Shown here: piece after piece, positions 59,176 through 64,000 of the stretch
How the letters are laid out: every line of letters starts with the position of its first letter
How positions within the stretch are numbered: position 1 is the first letter of the stretch
Translations under genes and position numbers: made by a program
Assembly: GCA_045660545.1 (NCBI GenBank)
Contig: JAZREA010000002.1
Span: 64,008 to 128,007, forward strand
DNA length: 64,000 nt
Source of the DNA: Clostridia bacterium
GTDB lineage: Bacteria; Bacillota; Clostridia; Monoglobales; Firm-18
Direction: 5' to 3'
The notes under the pieces: generated by a model
What the model was told of the DNA's origin: nothing
Database searches by the model: none
Seen by the model: the letters and a program-made list of their open reading frames with translations, nothing else

Positions 59176-59832
59176 TTATTCCTCCTCGTTTTCAAATATA
59201 AATTTCTTTCTGCAAGGCAGAGTAAGAACAGGGTCAAATCCGTCGCACACCCCTCTTAGCCCTTCTGCAAGCAGCTGTGGCTTTACGTTAAATTTTCCTC
59301 CGGCAGATATCGTAACGTCGAGTATAAAGTGGCGCTCGTCAATCTGCCTTGTCTCGTAGCTGAATATATGCTCGGCAAGGTTTACTTCCTTTTCCTGCCT
59401 CTTGCTTTTTTTCATAACAGGAATGTTCCCGCCCTTTATCACTTCGTCAATTTTTTGTGCCGAAAACGGATTTTCGGTTTCAAATTCAATTTCGTATCTC
59501 GCCTTTACAATTTCGGGCATCTTTTTGTCGGTATATACCGCCGATATAATTTTTATTCCGTCCTTTGGGAGCGCGGCGTTCATCTTTGCGACAAAGTCAG
59601 CCTCGTCAATTTCCCCTCCGATAGATACGTCTGCGATTTCACATTCGCTCGTTGTGCCGACGCCAAGCGGCAGAGCAAAGGTCAAAACAGCGTGTGGGTT
59701 AAACCCTTCTGAGAACTTAAACGGTATTTCGGCGCGCCTCATCGCTCTTACGAAGGTTCGCAAAACGTCCAGATGCCCCATGTACCTCATGGTCTCGCCT
59801 TTTTCAAACGTTACTCTTAAAATATTTGGCAC
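59176..59832 (-). CDS. TIGR03936/DUF2344-type radical-SAM-associated protein
   Basis: The RVTFEKGETMRYMGHLDVLRTF motif is typical of the family. A GTG start at 59832 sits 6 nt after GGAGGTG, inside the 3' end of the upstream gene. Confidence 0.7.
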   Translation of the reverse strand: MPNILRVTFEKGETMRYMGHLDVLRTFVRAMRRAEIPFKFSEGFNPHAVLTFALPLGVGTTSECEIADVSIGGEIDEADFVAKMNAALPKDGIKIISAVYTDKKMPEIVKARYEIEFETENPFSAQKIDEVIKGGNIPVMKKSKRQEKEVNLAEHIFSYETRQIDERHFILDVTISAGGKFNVKPQLLAEGLRGVCDGFDPVLTLPCRKKFIFENEEE

Positions 59833-61645
59833 ACACGTCACCTCCGAACTTATTAGCTCCGCAACCGCTGCACTTTTCTCTGCACTGTGGGGTGGTGGTT
59901 TCACCGTGAGCCTTTTTACTTTCGTTTATCATAAAGTTTTTGCTGACACCTACACTGATGTGGTCCCAGGGCAATACTTCGTCGTATTCGCGCTTTCTAA
60001 GAGCGTAAAAGTCGGGGTCCACACCGCAGTCTTTGAATATCTGCATCCATTTTTCAAAGTCAAAATGCTCCGCCCATCCGTCGAACCTGATTCCACGCTT
60101 TTGAGCCTCAACAAGTACGCTGTTAAGACGCCTGTCCCCTCTTGCAAAAACTGCTTCAAGGTAGCTCACATCCGCGTCGTGCCAGTTGTATTTTATCGAG
60201 CGCGAGCGTATTTTTGTCTGCAGAAGCCTTTGCTTTTGCTCTAAGCTTTCCATGCTGTCCATAGGCTCCCACTGGAAGGGGGTAAACGGCTTTGGTACAA
60301 AGCACGAGGTGCTCACAGTAATTCTAAGCCCCTTTGTGCGTTGCTCTTTCGGTACGGCAAAGTACTGGTCCGCAACCAAAGAGGCAAGCTCGCTTATGCC
60401 CTCAATATCGGCCTCCGTCTCTGTCGGAAGCCCCATCATAAAGTATAGCTTAACAGCGTTGTATCCGCCGCTGAATGCAAGCTTGGTGGACGAGGTAATG
60501 TCCTGTTCCGTAATGTTTTTGTTTATAACGTCCCTTAGCCTTTGTGTCCCTGCCTCGGGCGCGAAGGTAAGTCCCTTGTGGCGCACCTTCTCCATCAGCT
60601 CCAACGAGAAGTTGTCTATTCGAAGAGACGGGAGCGAAAGGTTGATGTGCTTTTGGGACGCGCTTTCCAAAAGACCTGTGCAAAGCTCTTCTAAGCCCGA
60701 ATAATCCGAGGTAGAAAGCGAGGTAAGCGAAATTTCCTCATACCCCGTAGCTTTTAGCGCTTTTTCCGCCAGCTCTAAAAGGCGCTTTGGTGTCTTTTCC
60801 CTGACAGGACGGTAAACCATACCCGCCTGACAAAAACGACACCCTCTTGTACACCCGCGGAATATTTCAAGCATAATTCTGTCGTGTACGATTTCGATGT
60901 TCGGCACGATAAACTCTGTCGGGTAGTCCACCTTGTCCATGTCTTTGATAACACGCTTTGTAACGACCGCCTTCGCGTGTGGGTTGTTTGGAGTAACCGC
61001 TGCTATTGTCTGGTCGTCGTTGTATGTTACGTCGTAGAATGACGGAACGTATATTCCTTCAATCTCCGCAACTTTTTCTAAAAATTCTTTTCTGCTTCCG
61101 CCGTTCTTTTTGTGACGGGCGTAGACGTCCATAACCTCCGCCATCATCTCTTCGCCTTCACCCATCATAAAGAAGTCGAACACGTCTGCAATCGGCTCCG
61201 CGTTGTACGCACAAGGCCCTCCGCCGACAACAAACGGGTCCCCCTCCTGCCTGTCCTTTGAAAGCAGAGCGATTTTGCCCAAATCCAGCATGTTAAGTAC
61301 GTTTGAATAGCTCATTTCGTATTGTAGGGTAAAGCCTACAAAGTCAAATTCGTATAGAGGGTCGTGCGTTTCAAGTGCGAAGAGAGGAACATCGTGCTTG
61401 CGCATTTCGTCCTCCATGTCTGTCCATGGGGCAAACACGCGCTCGCAGTAGGTGTCCTCGCGCTTGTTTAAAACGTCGTAGAGTATCTTCATTCCAAGGT
61501 GGCTCATCCCGATTTCGTATGTATCAGGAAAGCAAAAGGCAAAGCGTATATCCACATCCTTTGGGTTTTTAACAACGCTTCCCCACTCACCGCCGGTATA
61601 TCTTCCGGGCTTCTCGACCTTGTCGAGGAAGTAATTTATATTCAT
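59804..61645 (-). CDS. TIGR03960-type B12-binding-domain radical SAM protein
   Basis: Carries the CxxxCxxC box GCTRGCRFCQAG and the N-terminal motif FLDKVEKPGRYTGGEW. The ATG at 61645 is preferred. Confidence 0.8.
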   Translation of the reverse strand: MNINYFLDKVEKPGRYTGGEWGSVVKNPKDVDIRFAFCFPDTYEIGMSHLGMKILYDVLNKREDTYCERVFAPWTDMEDEMRKHDVPLFALETHDPLYEFDFVGFTLQYEMSYSNVLNMLDLGKIALLSKDRQEGDPFVVGGGPCAYNAEPIADVFDFFMMGEGEEMMAEVMDVYARHKKNGGSRKEFLEKVAEIEGIYVPSFYDVTYNDDQTIAAVTPNNPHAKAVVTKRVIKDMDKVDYPTEFIVPNIEIVHDRIMLEIFRGCTRGCRFCQAGMVYRPVREKTPKRLLELAEKALKATGYEEISLTSLSTSDYSGLEELCTGLLESASQKHINLSLPSLRIDNFSLELMEKVRHKGLTFAPEAGTQRLRDVINKNITEQDITSSTKLAFSGGYNAVKLYFMMGLPTETEADIEGISELASLVADQYFAVPKEQRTKGLRITVSTSCFVPKPFTPFQWEPMDSMESLEQKQRLLQTKIRSRSIKYNWHDADVSYLEAVFARGDRRLNSVLVEAQKRGIRFDGWAEHFDFEKWMQIFKDCGVDPDFYALRKREYDEVLPWDHISVGVSKNFMINESKKAHGETTTPQCREKCSGCGANKFGGDVCAKYFKSNV

Positions 61646-61716
61646 AGAAATTTTCCTTTCGAGCAAATGCATACAATATTAAGTATATCATACAACAAAA
61701 AGATAAAAATTTCAAC

Positions 61717-61742
61717 ATATTTTAATATTATGTCCATATATT
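61717..61742 (+). promoter_or_regulatory. Possible sporulation (sigma-E-like) promoter
   Basis: ATATT (61717-61721), 13-nt spacer, CATATATT (61735-61742). This only loosely fits ATATT...CATACA-T. Confidence 0.25.
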
Positions 61743-61761
61743 TATACAGGAGGGATAAGCT

Positions 61762-62052
61762 ATGGAGAGATACCGACGTGTAAGAGGCGAGCATCTTCGT
61801 AAGACAAACCACAACCTTTTAAAGACAGGGATAGTTCGCCAGACAATAGCGAGTACAGTTATTTTTGCTTTGGTTTTTGCGATAAATCTTCTGGACACAA
61901 ACACGGCGAACACCATTTCGGAAAATATAAAAAAATCACTTTCCTACACCGTGGACTATCGTGCGACGGTGGAGGAGATTTTTGGTGCAATCACTGATTT
62001 TGCGAGGGATAAAACAGATGCGATTACTGACAAAGCTAACGTCGCCGATTAA
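61762..62052 (+). CDS. Small single-TM protein, unknown function
   Basis: 96 aa with AGGAGGG 7 nt upstream and one hydrophobic helix (IASTVIFALVFAINLL). Its 3' end overlaps the M50 protease gene. Confidence 0.55.
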   Translation: MERYRRVRGEHLRKTNHNLLKTGIVRQTIASTVIFALVFAINLLDTNTANTISENIKKSLSYTVDYRATVEEIFGAITDFARDKTDAITDKANVAD

Positions 62053-62899
62053 GGTCGGTAAGCTGTATATACATATTTCGTCCGTTTTGCTTTTTGGCTT
62101 GGCGTTTGTGCTTGGGTTTTGGCAGAGCTTAATTGCCGCGTACACTTTGGCGGCGCTTCACGAGCTTGCGCATATACTTGCCGCAAGACGCCTCGGTGTT
62201 GGTGTTTCGGGTGTGGAGCTTTTGCCCTTTGGGGTTAGTATGCGGCTTTTAGAGGACGGAATAAAAAGCCCCGCCGACGAGATTAAAATATCAATAGCAG
62301 GCCCCGCCGCCAGCCTTTTGACAGCGTATCTTTGCTACGGAGTTTATCGTCTGCCAAACAGGGACTTTGTTATATTAAGTGCACTTTCGATGGCGGTGTT
62401 TAATTTGCTTCCCGTTATGCCGCTTGACGGCGGGCGCATTTTCCGTGCCGCTTTGGTAAAAAGATACGGCTGCATCCGCGCCGCGTCTTGTTCGCGCGCG
62501 GTCTCAAAGCTTTTTGCCGTCCTTGTGGTTTTGTGCGGAGTGTGGCTGCTTTATCGGACAGGCTTTAACTTTTCGCTCATTCTTATAGGCGGCTTTTTAA
62601 TCGCCTCCATCACAGAGGAGCGCAAAAACACCGACCTTGTAATCATAAAGGATATTTTATACAGCCGAAAAAAGCTTGTGTCAAGCGGGGTTATGGGCTC
62701 AAAGCTGCTGGTAGCCTCCGAGGATTCTTTGGCGAGTAAGGTGTTAAAAGAGCTAAGCTACGAAAGCTACGCACTGATAGGCGTAGTAGACAGTAACGAC
62801 AAAATCACAAGCCTTTTAAGCGAGACCGAATTTGTCGCGGGCCTGTCTGTTTGCGGCACAGACTCAAAAGTTAAAAAAATTGTAGAATTGATGTTGTAA
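62018..62899 (+). CDS. Site-2 (M50) intramembrane metalloprotease with C-terminal CBS domain, SpoIVFB-like
   Basis: HELAH and FNLLPVMPLDGG motifs with a CBS-like tail. The ATG at 62018 sits 8 nt after GAGGGA. Confidence 0.8.
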   Translation: MRLLTKLTSPIKVGKLYIHISSVLLFGLAFVLGFWQSLIAAYTLAALHELAHILAARRLGVGVSGVELLPFGVSMRLLEDGIKSPADEIKISIAGPAASLLTAYLCYGVYRLPNRDFVILSALSMAVFNLLPVMPLDGGRIFRAALVKRYGCIRAASCSRAVSKLFAVLVVLCGVWLLYRTGFNFSLILIGGFLIASITEERKNTDLVIIKDILYSRKKLVSSGVMGSKLLVASEDSLASKVLKELSYESYALIGVVDSNDKITSLLSETEFVAGLSVCGTDSKVKKIVELML

Positions 62900-62922
62900 A
62901 TGTGTAAAAAGTCTGCTATACT
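62894..62922 (+). promoter_or_regulatory. Sigma-A type promoter of the PBP5-like gene
   Basis: TTGTAA (62894-62899), 17-nt spacer, TGcTATACT (62917-62922). Confidence 0.5.
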
Positions 62923-62940
62923 GTATGTAGTAACATACAG
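62921..62940. promoter_or_regulatory. Candidate operator: perfect 8-4-8 palindrome
   Basis: CTGTATGT-AGTA-ACATACAG overlaps the -10 and start site and ends at the SD (GGGGG). Confidence 0.45.
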
Positions 62941-62953
62941 GGGGCTTTTACAA

Positions 62954-64000
62954 ATGAAAAAAATAATTTCCGCGACTTTAACGGTATTTATTTTGACAAT
63001 TTGCATATTTTTACCTGCATACGCCGCTCCGGAGGTAAGGTCGGGCTCGGTAATTTTGGCCGCACTTAACGGCGAGCAGGTCGTTTTCAGCAAAAACCCT
63101 GACGAAAAGGTGCCGCCGGCCGAGTTTACAAAGCTTATGTCTGCGTATACGACATATCGCATTTTTGGCGGAGATGTTTCCATAACAGTTCCGGAGGATA
63201 TAGGCGAATATGTCAACTATATGGAGACAGGTATGGACTTAAAGGCAGGGGAGCAAATCAACACCTCCTCGCTTATATACGGAATGATTATGGGCCAGGC
63301 GAACGATGCCGCTCTGGCGGTAGCGTTTTATTACGGTGGGCTTGAGGAATTTACCGGCAGGATGAATGACTACGCCAAGGAGCTTGGTATGACAAGCACC
63401 GTCTTTACCAACCCGACAGGCAGCTTTGACGAACGCCAGTACACCACCGCGACTGATATGTTAAAGCTTTACAGAGCGTTTTACGCTTCAAAGGACCTTT
63501 ATAAGTACGTGTCCGCAAAGAACGTAACACTCCCTGCGACCAATCTTTCCAAGGAACGTACCATCTGGACGAAAAACCACCTTATGAGCAGGTTTATATA
63601 CCTCGATTACATATACGACTACGCTGACGCGGGCCTGAGCTCGTCTTCAAGTAAGGGCGGTTACGCGGTAATATCCTCGGCGACCAAGGGCTCTAAGGAG
63701 CTTGTGTGCGTCGTGATGGATTCTGTGTATGAAAACGGGGTTAACTACTCCATGCTGGATGCAAAGGAGCTTTTTGACTACGGCTTTGATAAGTTCACGA
63801 CCGTTACCGTTGCCAAGCAGGGCGACCTTATGTACGAGGCAGGGCTTAAAAATCAAAGGGGCAAGGACACCTTGCTTTTGGGTGCGGAAAAAACTTTAAA
63901 GGGCTACATCTTAGATACAGATGTCGAAGGTTCCAAGCAGTCGGGCATCGACTGCCTTGAAAAAGAGATTGTTCTTAATGAACCTGTGTCTGCACCTTTG
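62954..64000 (+). CDS. Secreted PBP5/S11 D,D-carboxypeptidase homolog with degenerate active site (3' end beyond window)
   Basis: Not in the ORF track because it is open at the window end. It has a signal peptide, MKKIISATLTVFILTICIFLPAYA. The S11 fold is recognisable, but the catalytic boxes read PPAEFTK, GQAND and GLSSSSSKGG. Confidence 0.75.
   Translation, partial: MKKIISATLTVFILTICIFLPAYAAPEVRSGSVILAALNGEQVVFSKNPDEKVPPAEFTKLMSAYTTYRIFGGDVSITVPEDIGEYVNYMETGMDLKAGEQINTSSLIYGMIMGQANDAALAVAFYYGGLEEFTGRMNDYAKELGMTSTVFTNPTGSFDERQYTTATDMLKLYRAFYASKDLYKYVSAKNVTLPATNLSKERTIWTKNHLMSRFIYLDYIYDYADAGLSSSSSKGGYAVISSATKGSKELVCVVMDSVYENGVNYSMLDAKELFDYGFDKFTTVTVAKQGDLMYEAGLKNQRGKDTLLLGAEKTLKGYILDTDVEGSKQSGIDCLEKEIVLNEPVSAPL

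Overview
This window looks like a core chromosomal segment of an endospore-forming, moderate-GC Clostridia-type Firmicute. About 70 tightly packed protein genes and one tRNA-Gln are supported. All family calls rest on motif recognition by eye, since no database search was possible.

Gene content:
- Sporulation: spoVB-like flippase, dpaAB, a SpoIVFB-like M50 protease, and a DUF421/DUF4363 pair.
- Cell envelope: mreB, a GT4-CsaB fusion, an M23 peptidase, and a PBP5 homolog.
- Two conserved blocks joined together: yicC-remA-gmk-rpoZ, then rpmH-rnpA-yidD-yidC-jag-mnmE-mnmG.
- nifS-nifU-mnmA, pcrA, asnB, prmC and radC.
- Purine and one-carbon metabolism: fhs, guaB and a guaA fragment.
- groES-groEL with a perfect CIRCE operator, ispDF, pgi, pfp, cysK and ruvB.

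I found no CRISPR array, transposase, prophage or recognisable defence system. I cannot point to one clear novel system.

The observations most worth a second look:
1. A 39-nt motif, 38/39 identical, sits right after two unrelated stop codons in opposite orientations about 35 kb apart.
2. A secreted PBP5/S11 homolog has lost all three catalytic boxes. It lies next to the SpoIVFB-like protease and behind a palindromic operator.
3. A tightly coupled operon joins a radical-SAM pair, a bactofilin and ruvB, with no ruvA.
4. A low-GC islet beside tRNA-Gln carries an Avd-like four-helix-bundle gene and rearranged short repeats.
5. GroEL (GDG to GHG) and PcrA (DEYQD to NEYQD) each carry a single-base change at a normally invariant catalytic Asp.
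6. guaA encodes only the ATP-pyrophosphatase half of GMP synthase.
7. A WalR-like response regulator has no kinase gene nearby.
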